A DNA stretch of 64,000 nucleotides from an uncultured Candidatus Saccharibacteria bacterium (GTDB taxonomy: Bacteria > Patescibacteriota > WWE3 > UBA101185 > UBA10185). Shown in pieces: positions 18,258 to 28,430 of the stretch. The stretch is from assembly GCA_964385105.1 (NCBI GenBank), contig CAYLMU010000001.1, positions 66,252 through 130,251 on the forward strand. Reading direction: 5' to 3'. The position numbers were made by a program, and so were the translations under genes. The stretch's first letter is position 1. The number at the start of each line of letters is the position of its first letter. The notes below the pieces were generated by a model, which had not been told where the DNA came from, did no database searches, and saw only the letters and a program-made list of their open reading frames with translations.

Positions 18258-19412
18258 ATGATTTTTTATTTTTCACTGTATTTTTCTAAATTAACAAATA
18301 TCTTAATTAGATTTTTAAAAAAAGGTGCCGGGCATACATTACCGGGTCATGTTTTTTTAAAGTTTAATCCTGAATTTTTAAGTTCAAAGAGAGTTCATTT
18401 TTCAAAAGGAATCATTTTAATTTCCGGAACTAATGGTAAAACTACAACATCCAAAATTGTTACACATTTACTTAAGTCACAAGGATTGAGAGTTTTGAAT
18501 AATGAGACAGGTGCCAATTTAGTAAACGGTATTACCTCATCTATTTTGTTAAATATGAACTGGAGAGGGAAGTTGCAGGCAAATGTTGCAGTACTTGAGG
18601 TGGATGAGTTTGCCGTGCCTTTGTTTTTAAATAAAATCACCCCCGACGTGGTTTTGTTGTTAAATCTTTCGCGTGACCAACTTGACAGGTTTGGCGAGAC
18701 GGATATTATTTTGGATAAGTGGATAAAAGCGCTCTCAAACCTTAATATTTCAACCAAACTTATATTAGACAGCACCGAAGAAAGTTTTAAAAAGCTTGAA
18801 GATGCTTTTCAAGGTACAACATTTTATTTTAACGATGATGTTGAAAATTTAAATCACACATCATTAAAAGGAATGTTTAATGCAAAAAATGTAAATGCTT
18901 CATTACAGGTATGTGAGGTTTTAGGTTATAAAAAAGACGATTTATTAAGCGATCTTGGAAATTTTGAATCTGCATATGGTAGAGGAGAAGTGGTTACTTA
19001 CAAAGGAAAAGAATTTCACATATTTTTAGCAAAAAATCCGGCGAGTTTTAATCATAATATTGATTTACTGAGTAGTTTTGACCCAAACAATACAGCACTT
19101 TTATTTGTACTTAATGATAATATCCCCGACGGACGTGATGTATCGTGGATTTATGACATAGACACTGCATCTTTAAGTCATTTTGTACCTGATTATTCAC
19201 ACATTTATATTTCAGGCACCAGATATCTTGATATGGCTATTAGATTGAGATATGCAAATGTACCCATTAACGAGTCACGTTGCGCTAAAGAAATTGAAAA
19301 AATCCTTAAACAGGTGGTTGAAAATAAAAAAATTAAGCATGTTTTGTTATTCCCTAATTACTCGGCAATGCTTGAGTCGCGTAAAATATTAACAGGAAAG
19401 GCTATTTTGTAA
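18258..19412 (+). CDS. murT: Lipid II isoglutaminyl synthase subunit MurT (Mur-ligase-like).
   Basis: Strong colinear similarity to S. aureus MurT (ISGTNGKTTTS... NLSRDQLDRFGE). Confidence 0.85.
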   Translation: MIFYFSLYFSKLTNILIRFLKKGAGHTLPGHVFLKFNPEFLSSKRVHFSKGIILISGTNGKTTTSKIVTHLLKSQGLRVLNNETGANLVNGITSSILLNMNWRGKLQANVAVLEVDEFAVPLFLNKITPDVVLLLNLSRDQLDRFGETDIILDKWIKALSNLNISTKLILDSTEESFKKLEDAFQGTTFYFNDDVENLNHTSLKGMFNAKNVNASLQVCEVLGYKKDDLLSDLGNFESAYGRGEVVTYKGKEFHIFLAKNPASFNHNIDLLSSFDPNNTALLFVLNDNIPDGRDVSWIYDIDTASLSHFVPDYSHIYISGTRYLDMAIRLRYANVPINESRCAKEIEKILKQVVENKKIKHVLLFPNYSAMLESRKILTGKAIL

Positions 19413-20179
19413 TGAAACTCACAATCGGTTATTTTTATCCGGATCATCTTAATTTATACGGTGATAATGGAAATGTGGAAATTCTTTTACAACGGGCAAG
19501 ATGGCGTGGAATTGACACAGCTTTATATAAAATTAAGTTGGGAACAGTTTTAAATAATGAAATCATGAGCCATATCAATCTGATTTTTATGGGGGGAGGG
19601 CCTGACTCTCAACAAAAAAGTGTTTACGAAGACCTATTGCATAACAAAGGTGTTTATTTAAGAGAATATATTGAAAATGACGGTGTGGGTTTATTTATAT
19701 GCGGGTCGTATCAATTACTCGGGAAATATTATCAGGCCGCAGACGGCTCAAAACTTGAAGGCTTAGGTATATTTGACCTCTATACTCAGCATTTCGGTAA
19801 CCACAAACCACGTTGCATAGGAAATGTTGTAAGCGAACTAAACACTACGTTTAGGCATGACCCTGTGTTCAACCATTTGAATAAAATAGGTACCGGTTTG
19901 GTAGGTTTTGAAAATCATGGTGGGAGAACTTATTTAGGTGAAAGTGCGATACCTCTTGCAAAAATTATTCGAGGTTATGGCAATAACGGCGAAACTGAAG
20001 ACGAGGGAATTACTTACAAAAACTCAATAGGAACATATTTGCATGGCCCGATATTATCTAAAAACCCGCATTTAGCCGATTATCTTATTGCCACTGCAAT
20101 AAATAAAGACGAATTAGCTGAATTGGATGATAATTTAATTAAAAAAGCTCATTATGCAGCAAAAGAGCTTCCGCAATGA
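19412..20179 (+). CDS. gatD: Lipid II isoglutaminyl synthase glutaminase subunit GatD.
   Basis: Colinear similarity to S. aureus GatD (LNLYGDNGN ... GFENHGGRTY ... GTYLHGPIL). Confidence 0.85.
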   Translation: MKLTIGYFYPDHLNLYGDNGNVEILLQRARWRGIDTALYKIKLGTVLNNEIMSHINLIFMGGGPDSQQKSVYEDLLHNKGVYLREYIENDGVGLFICGSYQLLGKYYQAADGSKLEGLGIFDLYTQHFGNHKPRCIGNVVSELNTTFRHDPVFNHLNKIGTGLVGFENHGGRTYLGESAIPLAKIIRGYGNNGETEDEGITYKNSIGTYLHGPILSKNPHLADYLIATAINKDELAELDDNLIKKAHYAAKELPQ

Positions 20180-21438
20180 TTATAAATTTGGATAAAAAGC
20201 TTTTTTATATTTTAATTTTTTTACTTCCTGCTAATTTAGGCTATCACTTTGTGAGATCATGGTCTTATGTTGACGGTATTTTGATTGATTATTTAATACC
20301 CACCATATTTGTTCAGGATATTCTAGTTTTTTTGATACTTCTCATTTGGTTATTTCGAACCTTAATTAACCCACCACCCATTCACGACACTTCAGGATGG
20401 ATTTTTCGATGGTTATTCTTATTTTTATTTTGTGTCTTTATATCCATATTTATTTCGTATAACGTTTATGCTTCAATTTATGCTTTTTTGAGATTAATAC
20501 TTTATGCTTTGTTTTCAATTTATGTTTTGCATGCATTTGACTTTAATTTGGAATGGGAAAAAATGCTCAAAATTTTAGCTTTTAGCGTATTTTTTGTTTC
20601 AATTCTTGGGTTAATACAGTGGTTCAAACAAGGGGCTGTTTTTAATAATTATATTTTTTTCGGTGAACAACCTTATAATTCTTTAACTAACGGTATATCG
20701 AGGGAACACTTATTTAACAAGGTTTTTATTCCAGTTTACGGTACTTTCAGGCATCCTAATATTTTCGCCGGATTTTTGTGTGTAACCTTACTATGGTTTT
20801 ATATTCAATTTAGGCATTTGCATGCTTATAAAGCATTACTTGCTCTAGGAATTACTGTTTTATTTCTTACTTTTAGTTACATTGCTATATTTACGTTTTT
20901 AACAAGCATAATCTTTTATCATGCAATTAAAAAATACGGGTCAAAAATTTACAAATATTTATTTGTTTTTTTGTTGGTTTTTGCTTTAAGTTCAATCGCT
21001 TTACCCTATATAACAGATCGCTATTTTTCAAATTTTCCTTCTTTTTACAGAAGGGTTTATTTGCTTGAAAATTCACTTCAATATTTGAAACTGGGCTATT
21101 ATTTCGGCACGGGGATTAACACCAGTACAGAGTATGCTTTTGATAATGTGCAGTATTTTGGTGAAATGAAGTATTTGCAACCTGTACATAATGTTTTTGT
21201 ATTAATCTTAGTTGAGTCCGGAGTTTTTGCTTTGATATTTTTTATATTATTTATTATCTTTATATTTTTTGGTTTACATAATAGAAGTGATGATAAGACT
21301 ATATTGTTTCTATTAACCTTCTTTCAAATAATTTTACTTAGTTTGTTTGACCACTATTTGTACACAATACATCAAACATTTTTACTTTTTTGGTTGACTG
21401 TAGGATTTTACTTTGCGTATAATAAATCACTGCTATGA
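20176..21438 (+). CDS. Polytopic membrane protein, tentatively O-antigen ligase/Wzy-like polymerase.
   Basis: About 10-12 TM helices, aromatic-rich. The functional call is weak. Confidence 0.35.
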   Translation: MIINLDKKLFYILIFLLPANLGYHFVRSWSYVDGILIDYLIPTIFVQDILVFLILLIWLFRTLINPPPIHDTSGWIFRWLFLFLFCVFISIFISYNVYASIYAFLRLILYALFSIYVLHAFDFNLEWEKMLKILAFSVFFVSILGLIQWFKQGAVFNNYIFFGEQPYNSLTNGISREHLFNKVFIPVYGTFRHPNIFAGFLCVTLLWFYIQFRHLHAYKALLALGITVLFLTFSYIAIFTFLTSIIFYHAIKKYGSKIYKYLFVFLLVFALSSIALPYITDRYFSNFPSFYRRVYLLENSLQYLKLGYYFGTGINTSTEYAFDNVQYFGEMKYLQPVHNVFVLILVESGVFALIFFILFIIFIFFGLHNRSDDKTILFLLTFFQIILLSLFDHYLYTIHQTFLLFWLTVGFYFAYNKSLL

Positions 21439-22736
21439 ATAGTAAAATTAAAACACTTGCCCTTCTTTTAATAATTCCTTTTGTATTAACAGCTTGTACT
21501 CTTCAGGAAACATTACAAAAATTGCCGATTATAGGTGAGCGGTTTGGCGCAAATGCAGGGCCGGTTACTATGAACGCGTGGGGACTATGGGAAAATGCCG
21601 ATGTAATTAACGAACTGATTTCAAATTATACTCAAGCTAACCCCGATGTAACGATTGTTTACGAAGATAGATCTGTTATGGACCCCCTTGAATACAAAGA
21701 AAGAATTTACACCCGATTTCAGGAAGAAAGTACTGACATAGATTTTGCACTTGTTCATAACAGCTGGGTACCTTCTTTAGTACCGTTTCTTGAGCCGGCA
21801 CCTGCAAGTTTAATAAATGCACAAACTTATGAGCAGAAATATTATCCTTCGGCTATAGCATCAGGTGTGTTTAACGGACAAGTTTATGCAATTCCTGCCT
21901 ATTATGACGGCTTAGTGCTTGTATATAATAAATCCCATTTTGATGAAATCGGTCAATCCACACCTCCTACGGCATGGGAAGAATTTAGAAGACTTGCACT
22001 TGAATTAACTATAAGAACTGATGATGGTGCAGGTTTGCTTAGAGGAGGTGCTGCCATAGGTACCGCCGATAACGTAACCCATTTTTCAGATATTTTGGGT
22101 TTAATGTGGTCACAAGCAGGTGTGGAGATACCATCTGAAATAGCCACAGTACCTGCAGCTGACGCACTAACTTATTACACTAATTTTGTACGTGAAGATG
22201 GAGTATGGAGTTCAAACATGCCTAAAGATACCGAAGCTTTTGTTCAAGGTAGAGCATCCATGGTTTTTGTTCCATCATGGCAATTATTAGACATAATTGA
22301 AAATATACCCAATATTGACGATGTTGGCGTAGCCCCCGTGCCACAAGCACTGCTCGAATCTCCGGCTTCATGGGGAAGTTTTTGGATGTATGTGGTTCCT
22401 AAAAACACAGCTAAGTCTGCAGCAGCATGGCAGTATCTCACTTATTTGTCACAGGAAGAAACGGAGTTGTTCTATTTTAACCAGGCATCCCAGGTAAGAT
22501 TATTCGGTGCGCCGTTTGCCAATAAAAATCTGGCCACTGATATGAATAACCCGTTTTTAAGACCGATACTGTCAACAGCACCTTATTCATTCAGTGCAGA
22601 AATAACAGCACGCTCGGGTAATAGACGACAAGTTGATGCTTTAAGAAATGCGGTTAATGCAGTGCTTTCTAACAGAGGAACTTCTTCAAATTCAGAAAGT
22701 GCTTTAACCACGGCTTTATCTGAAATAGGACAATAA
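21435..22736 (+). CDS. ABC transporter extracellular solute-binding lipoprotein (sugar-type SBP).
   Basis: Lipobox LTAC and a size and composition typical of the SBP_bac_1 family. Confidence 0.5.
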   Translation: MNSKIKTLALLLIIPFVLTACTLQETLQKLPIIGERFGANAGPVTMNAWGLWENADVINELISNYTQANPDVTIVYEDRSVMDPLEYKERIYTRFQEESTDIDFALVHNSWVPSLVPFLEPAPASLINAQTYEQKYYPSAIASGVFNGQVYAIPAYYDGLVLVYNKSHFDEIGQSTPPTAWEEFRRLALELTIRTDDGAGLLRGGAAIGTADNVTHFSDILGLMWSQAGVEIPSEIATVPAADALTYYTNFVREDGVWSSNMPKDTEAFVQGRASMVFVPSWQLLDIIENIPNIDDVGVAPVPQALLESPASWGSFWMYVVPKNTAKSAAAWQYLTYLSQEETELFYFNQASQVRLFGAPFANKNLATDMNNPFLRPILSTAPYSFSAEITARSGNRRQVDALRNAVNAVLSNRGTSSNSESALTTALSEIGQ

Positions 22737-22740
22737 AAAA

Positions 22741-23202
22741 TTATTCAATCTTGAGAATTGTGTAAGTAACTTTTCCAATAGGTGCATCTACATCAATTTT
22801 ATCACCTACTTTTTTACCCAATAATGATGCACCAAGAGGTGACTCGTGTGATATTTTCTTTTCTATAGGATTAGCTTCAAGAGCACCCACTATATGAAAT
22901 TCTTCTTCATCTCCCTCAATGTGTACAACAACTTTTGAACCGACATAAACTTCACCATTACCGTTAGAATCAGAAACAATTTCCGAGTGTTTTATTATAT
23001 CTTCAAGTTCCTTTATCTTACCTTCAATCACAGCCTGCTCATGTTTTGCTGCATCATACTCTGCATTTTCAGAGATATCCCCAAGGTCTCTTGCAAGTTT
23101 GATCCTTTTTGCAATTTCCGGAACTTTAACATCTCTTAGCTCCGACAACTCGGCTTTTAATTTGTTCAACCCATCTTTAGTTATATATAATTTATCTTTC
23201 AT
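22741..23202 (-). CDS. greA: Transcription elongation factor GreA.
   Basis: N-terminal coiled coil plus a C-terminal FKBP-like domain; colinear with GreA. Confidence 0.9.
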   Translation of the reverse strand: MKDKLYITKDGLNKLKAELSELRDVKVPEIAKRIKLARDLGDISENAEYDAAKHEQAVIEGKIKELEDIIKHSEIVSDSNGNGEVYVGSKVVVHIEGDEEEFHIVGALEANPIEKKISHESPLGASLLGKKVGDKIDVDAPIGKVTYTILKIE

Positions 23203-23216
23203 ATTTCTTTCTTTAA

Positions 23217-23264
23217 GCTAAAATAAAAAATAAAAGACCTCCAAAAATATGTGTAAGGTCTTTT
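23217..23264 (-). terminator. Intrinsic-terminator-like hairpin in the greA 5' leader (a possible attenuator, as in the E. coli greA/GraL arrangement).
   Basis: Perfect 9-bp stem AAAAGACCT (23232-23240) / AGGTCTTTT (23256-23264) with a 15-nt loop. On the minus strand it is followed by ATTTTTTATTTTAG, ~15 nt upstream of the greA ATG. Confidence 0.4.
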
Positions 23265-23362
23265 AGCTTTTACAATCCTAGCACTTTGATTGTTTCTTGT
23301 CAAAGTTGCTGTAAACCCCTATACTAATTGATAATTAGCGAAATTTATGATTTTAGCTGCCC

Positions 23363-26300
23363 ATGCCTGATCAAAGTGTTATCAAAAAAACATCCCTTTC
23401 ACCTACTGTGTTAATTGTTGGAGGAGCAGGGTTCATAGGATCTCATTTATCTGAAACTTTACTTGCAAACAATGCACGTGTGGTTGTTATTGACAATTTC
23501 AGTACAGGTAAAGATATTTATGTAAACTCTCTTCTTAATAACCCTAAATTTGCTTTATATAACGCTGATATAAATGTTGCATTACCAAAAGAACTTGAAA
23601 GTGTTGATTATGTTTTTCATTTGGCAGGGCTTGAAACTTATTTATTTGATAAGGAATTTATTAATTTAGATTCTTTGCTCACAAATGCATTGGGTACAAA
23701 AAATATTTTGGATTTTACACACAAGTCAAATGCAAAATTTTTACTCGCTTCATCAGTTGATGTTTATAAAGGTTTAATTTCACCAATTGATTTAGATCAT
23801 TATTTTGGCCCAACAAATGAGGAAGAAAAAAAATATTCACTTACCGAAGCAAAAAGATACGCTGAAGCACTAGTTTGGGAATATTACAAAAAATATTCTC
23901 TTGATGTACGAATTGCTCGATTCCCTGAAGTTTATGGTCCCCGAATGAATTTAGCTGCTTCGGGAAATTTAGGGTCGTTATTACATAATTTAATGGAAAA
24001 TAAGGATTTAGTAGTATACGGGGACGGTGTTGATAAAGAGTATTATTTATATATTTCGGATGCGATTAATGGTTTGGTAAAAGCTTTATTCACCGAACAC
24101 ACCGAAGGGAAAATTTTTACTTTTGCACCAAAAACACCACATACCGTGCTTGAAGTAACGTATGTCATAAAAAGCCTTGCCGATGCTGAGCCCCGAGTAG
24201 TATTTAAGACAAAAACCAAAGGCATTAAACCACTTGGGCCTAAAGAGCATGACACAACAACTCTTAAAGATATTCAGTGGGAAGCAAAGGTTGAGCTTAA
24301 AAGCGGATTAGTTAAAACTTTGGAATGGTTTGGTTATAAACCTAATGAGCATTCGTTTAAACCAAGCAAATTAATTGAACAAAAAAGCAATGAAAAAGTT
24401 CAAAGTTTGCACGAGCCTAATATTGAGACTGTAACCTCAATTATAGCCCAAGAAGAAGAAAAAGCTCCTGTTAGAGTGATTCCAAGCCCGGAACCGGAGG
24501 TAAAAGTAAGAAAAAATAATTTTAAACTTCCAAAAATAAAGCTACCTTCAACATCTTTGCCTAAATTTAAAAAAACAAAAATTTTCATATCTAATACTTC
24601 AATTAATGAAAGTAAACCAAAACAAATGCTTGGAAAATTTACTTTAGCATCAGTGTTTTTGTTTTCACTGGCAGTGTTAATTTTTATTGTGGTACCGTTT
24701 ATTCAAACATATGTACATACGCAAAAAGGTATAAAAAGTTTAAAGAACGTAGAAGCGTCTCTTGTGCGGCTTGAGTCCTCAGAAGCACAAAAACTTTCAA
24801 ATGAAGCATACCGTGAGTTCTACAAGGCTCAAAAATCGTTTAAAAGCTTAGGGTGGTTGTTTAAAGTTGCAGGAAAAGAAACAATGTTTCACGATTTACA
24901 ACGGGTGTTGAGTTCGGCAGGATACTCTTCAAAATCTGTGTATTACTTATCTAAAGGGTCAAAACCTTTTATACTTTTTTGGGATACAGTAAAGCCAAAC
25001 TCACAAGTTCCTTTTGATGAACAGGCTTTTGCTTCTGCCAAAAGTGATTTTTTGAGTGCCAAAGAAAACCTTAAATTTGCCGAGGCAGACTTATCTCAGG
25101 TAAATGTCGCAAATTTACCCAGTGAAGTAAAAGAATATAAAGAAATAGTTACTTATTTGTCATCCCAGATTGATGTATTAACAAGTCTTTCTGAAGGTCT
25201 GCCCGACCTCGTAGGCATGGATCGGGAAAAAACTTACATAGTTTTATTTCAGAATTCAAATGAAATTAGACCCACAGGAGGATTTATAGGGTCGTACGCC
25301 ACATTAAAGTTAAAAGAAGGTCGTATCTCTGATTTAATTATTGATGATATTTATAATCCTGATGGCCAAATTGATTTGCGCGGCATTGAAGTGGAATCTC
25401 CGGCTCCAATAAAAACCTTTTTAGAGGAAGATTTTATGCACATAAGAAATGCCAACTGGAATCCGGATTTTCCCACAAGTGCACGTACTATAGAAGACTT
25501 ATTTTATAGAGTGAACGGACAGCGCGTCGACGGGGTAATAGCTATAGACCTGTACTTTATAGAAAATATTCTAAAAATAACAGGGCCTGTTTATTTAACT
25601 GCATATAATGAAGAAATAACGGCCGAAAACTTGTATGAAAGAGCACAATTTCACAGCGAATTTAATTATGAGGACGGTTCAGATCAAAAAAGGTCATTTT
25701 TAACCGTATTGGGCGGTAAAGTGCTTGAAAAACTGTTTTCACTTGAAAATGAGCAGGTATACAAATTGGCTTTAGAAACACAAAATTCTTTGAATGAAAA
25801 ACATTTACTGGTTTATGTGCCAAATAACGATATAAACGTATTTTTGGACGAAAAGGGTTGGAATGGAAAAATAATGGCTCCGGAAGAGAGTGATTATTTA
25901 TATGTGGTTAATGCCAATTTAGGTGGAACAAAAGCCAATTACTATGTAAAACAAAGTATGGAGTATCAGATTGTTTCGGCAACCAGAGACGGATTGCTAA
26001 GAGCTGAATTGACTTTAAATTACGACCATACTGGTGAAGATAGCACATGGCCAGGAGGTCCTTATACAGATTATGTACGAGTACTAACGCCAAAAGGAAC
26101 AAAAATTACAAGTGCCAAAATAACATTTAGTGACGGTACAGAGGAGGATATTTTTTCTGAAGTATTAGAAGAAGAAGGAAATGTATTTAAATCGTATGCT
26201 ATGGGATTTGTTTTACAGCCCAAGCAACAAGCTGTAGTAAAACTGGGATATGACCTTCCAGAGAGTATGCTTTTAACCAAAGACAAGCAGGATTATAAGT

Positions 26301-26473
26301 TGTATTGGCAAAAGCAACCAGGAACCAACAATGATAATGTTAAATTTAAATTCAACGCACCGTTTGGTATTAGGGTTGTAGATACTGTTCCGCAAATGCA
26401 GCTAGGAGAAAATTCGGCTGAATTAAACACTACATTTAATCGGGATTTACTAATTGACTTAAATATGGAATAA
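23363..26473 (+). CDS. Fusion protein: N-terminal NAD-dependent epimerase/dehydratase (UDP-glucuronate-decarboxylase-like, ~330 aa), a TM segment, and a large C-terminal DUF4012-like extracytoplasmic domain.
   Basis: Rossmann motif VLIVGGAGFIGSHL. Internal TM FTLASVFLFSLAVLIFIVVPFI. The C-terminal region carries the IRPTGGFIGSYA motif. Confidence 0.55.
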   Translation: MPDQSVIKKTSLSPTVLIVGGAGFIGSHLSETLLANNARVVVIDNFSTGKDIYVNSLLNNPKFALYNADINVALPKELESVDYVFHLAGLETYLFDKEFINLDSLLTNALGTKNILDFTHKSNAKFLLASSVDVYKGLISPIDLDHYFGPTNEEEKKYSLTEAKRYAEALVWEYYKKYSLDVRIARFPEVYGPRMNLAASGNLGSLLHNLMENKDLVVYGDGVDKEYYLYISDAINGLVKALFTEHTEGKIFTFAPKTPHTVLEVTYVIKSLADAEPRVVFKTKTKGIKPLGPKEHDTTTLKDIQWEAKVELKSGLVKTLEWFGYKPNEHSFKPSKLIEQKSNEKVQSLHEPNIETVTSIIAQEEEKAPVRVIPSPEPEVKVRKNNFKLPKIKLPSTSLPKFKKTKIFISNTSINESKPKQMLGKFTLASVFLFSLAVLIFIVVPFIQTYVHTQKGIKSLKNVEASLVRLESSEAQKLSNEAYREFYKAQKSFKSLGWLFKVAGKETMFHDLQRVLSSAGYSSKSVYYLSKGSKPFILFWDTVKPNSQVPFDEQAFASAKSDFLSAKENLKFAEADLSQVNVANLPSEVKEYKEIVTYLSSQIDVLTSLSEGLPDLVGMDREKTYIVLFQNSNEIRPTGGFIGSYATLKLKEGRISDLIIDDIYNPDGQIDLRGIEVESPAPIKTFLEEDFMHIRNANWNPDFPTSARTIEDLFYRVNGQRVDGVIAIDLYFIENILKITGPVYLTAYNEEITAENLYERAQFHSEFNYEDGSDQKRSFLTVLGGKVLEKLFSLENEQVYKLALETQNSLNEKHLLVYVPNNDINVFLDEKGWNGKIMAPEESDYLYVVNANLGGTKANYYVKQSMEYQIVSATRDGLLRAELTLNYDHTGEDSTWPGGPYTDYVRVLTPKGTKITSAKITFSDGTEEDIFSEVLEEEGNVFKSYAMGFVLQPKQQAVVKLGYDLPESMLLTKDKQDYKLYWQKQPGTNNDNVKFKFNAPFGIRVVDTVPQMQLGENSAELNTTFNRDLLIDLNME

Positions 26474-26503
26474 ATTTATTTACTTGCATAAGAGAGGCTT
26501 AGA

Positions 26504-26531
26504 TTGTAGAATCTTTGTGCTTAGGTATAAT
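26504..26531 (+). promoter_or_regulatory. Sigma70-like promoter TTGTAG-16-TATAAT whose -10 ends 7 nt before the 26539 ATG, implying a leaderless transcript.
   Basis: Sequence match only. Confidence 0.3.
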
Positions 26532-26538
26532 AAGCTAA

Positions 26539-26883
26539 ATGATATTAAGCACTAATCTTAAAATTCATCTGTCCAAAGCTTTCTGTCCCAAGTGCGGAAG
26601 CAGTTTGGATACTGCAAAGCTTGTGCCGCTAACTGAAATGCCTCTTGGTGTTTTGGCACATGCAGTATGCATAAAATGTAAGTCTGAAAATATGGTAAGA
26701 ATTACGTCTATGGGGGCAGGGGTTATGCCTTTAGTTTCTGATTTACAAGGCACTGAGGTTAAAAAGTTTGTTAATACCGGTAATGTATCATTTGGAGAAA
26801 TTATTGAGCTTCACAAAAAGCTTTCAAAAGAATCAATATGCAACTTATTGCGGAACAAAGAACAACGTTCGGAAAAAATTTAA
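26539..26883 (+). CDS. Hypothetical small protein with a zinc-ribbon-like CxxC...CxxC motif.
   Basis: CPKCGSS ... CIKCKS. Confidence 0.4.
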   Translation: MILSTNLKIHLSKAFCPKCGSSLDTAKLVPLTEMPLGVLAHAVCIKCKSENMVRITSMGAGVMPLVSDLQGTEVKKFVNTGNVSFGEIIELHKKLSKESICNLLRNKEQRSEKI

Positions 26884-27509
26884 ATAAATTAAGAAATGCA
26901 CATAAAATTCCTGGTGTAATATTTGGAAAAAATGTTGACTCTACGCCGGTTTCGGTAGATAGAAATGCTTTTATTAAAACTTTTAGACAATCAGGTGAAA
27001 CAAGTTTGGTTGACTTAAAACTTGGAAGCGATATAAGTAAAGTTTTAATAAAAGAGGTGCAATTTCATCCCGTTACATCAGAGGTGTTGCATGTAAATTT
27101 TCACAAAGTAAACCTTAAAGAAAAAATTGAAGCCAATATACCGGTAGAAATGATTGGTGATGAAACAAATGCGCTGGTAAAAAGCGGAGAAGCTGTGCCT
27201 TTGCTTATATTAAACGAAATTACAATAGAAGCATTGCCAACAGATTTGCTTGATAAATTTACAATCGATATTTCAGGATTAAAAGAAGTTGGTGACAGTA
27301 TTACAATAGCCGATCTCAAATACGATAAAAGCAAAATAGAATTAGTGGATTATGAGGAGACTGATATTATTGCTAAACTAGACTATCCGATGACCGAAGA
27401 AGAAGATGAAGGGGAGATCTCTGAAGAAGATGCTATTGCTGCAATCGAGGCCTCAGAAGAGTCCAAAGAAGATGAAGATGAAGGCACTGAAGACGATACT
27501 CAACAATGA
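26838..27509 (+). CDS. rplY: 50S ribosomal protein L25 / general stress protein Ctc, with an acidic C-terminal tail.
   Basis: Colinear with the L25/Ctc N- and C-domains; acidic C-terminal tail. Confidence 0.8.
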   Translation: MQLIAEQRTTFGKNLNKLRNAHKIPGVIFGKNVDSTPVSVDRNAFIKTFRQSGETSLVDLKLGSDISKVLIKEVQFHPVTSEVLHVNFHKVNLKEKIEANIPVEMIGDETNALVKSGEAVPLLILNEITIEALPTDLLDKFTIDISGLKEVGDSITIADLKYDKSKIELVDYEETDIIAKLDYPMTEEEDEGEISEEDAIAAIEASEESKEDEDEGTEDDTQQ

Positions 27510-27518
27510 CATCGTAAT

Positions 27519-28430
27519 TTGACCTTTCAACAAGATTATTATATATATAAAATACTCATGAGAAAACTCATAATAACTATTCTACCCGTTGTAGTGTTAT
27601 CAATTTTATTTAGTACAAAAGTTACTTTTAAGATTTCTTTTGCTGAGGAAACCTTACAAAATATAAAGTCAAACCAATCAAATGGATTGGACGAAGAACT
27701 TACTCAACAATTAAAGGATAAATATGCTGAAATGGTTAAAGTCTGTGAATCCACGGACGACAATGAAGCGTGTAATGAAGCGCTTAAAGAAACATTGCAA
27801 GGTTTAAAATCTTTGGCATTGGAGCGCATGGAAGGCTCATATAAAAGAACCGAAAATATGGTCGAACGTCTGAAAGCTACACGTGTTTTATCTGAAAAAG
27901 AGCAGATACTTGTCGATGAAACTCTTAATAATCACACCAATTTGGTAAATTACTATACTAATAAAATTGAAAATGCAAAAACACTTGAAGAACTTAATCA
28001 CATTTACCAAGAAAAAATAAATAACAATGATTTAAGAACTGAAATTCGTGAGTTAAATGTACGAAGAACGAATGTAGGATATTTAAACATTGAAATTTTT
28101 ATAAATCGATTAAATGATTTTATAATTCGGGTTGAATCCGAAACAGCGGCAGCAAAAGATTGGGGACATAATACATCAGATGTTGAAAAAAATATAACGT
28201 TAGCTAAAGAAAAGATTTTATTGGCACAAGATATTTTTAATCAGAATTTTAGTGCCTTGGAAGCAGAAATTAATCAAAAGAAATTTACCGATGTTGAAGA
28301 TTCAATAACCCAATTATTGAAAGCAAAAGATTTATTGATAGAGGCAAAAAATGACCTCCAAAAGGCAACTGAGGAATTAAATTCTTTGTATAGAGTATCA
28401 GCTTGGGAAACTCAAGAAAATGCAGAGTAA
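27519..28430 (+). CDS. Hypothetical signal-anchored coiled-coil protein.
   Basis: N-terminal hydrophobic segment, then a long charged coiled coil. Confidence 0.45.
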   Translation: MTFQQDYYIYKILMRKLIITILPVVVLSILFSTKVTFKISFAEETLQNIKSNQSNGLDEELTQQLKDKYAEMVKVCESTDDNEACNEALKETLQGLKSLALERMEGSYKRTENMVERLKATRVLSEKEQILVDETLNNHTNLVNYYTNKIENAKTLEELNHIYQEKINNNDLRTEIRELNVRRTNVGYLNIEIFINRLNDFIIRVESETAAAKDWGHNTSDVEKNITLAKEKILLAQDIFNQNFSALEAEINQKKFTDVEDSITQLLKAKDLLIEAKNDLQKATEELNSLYRVSAWETQENAE

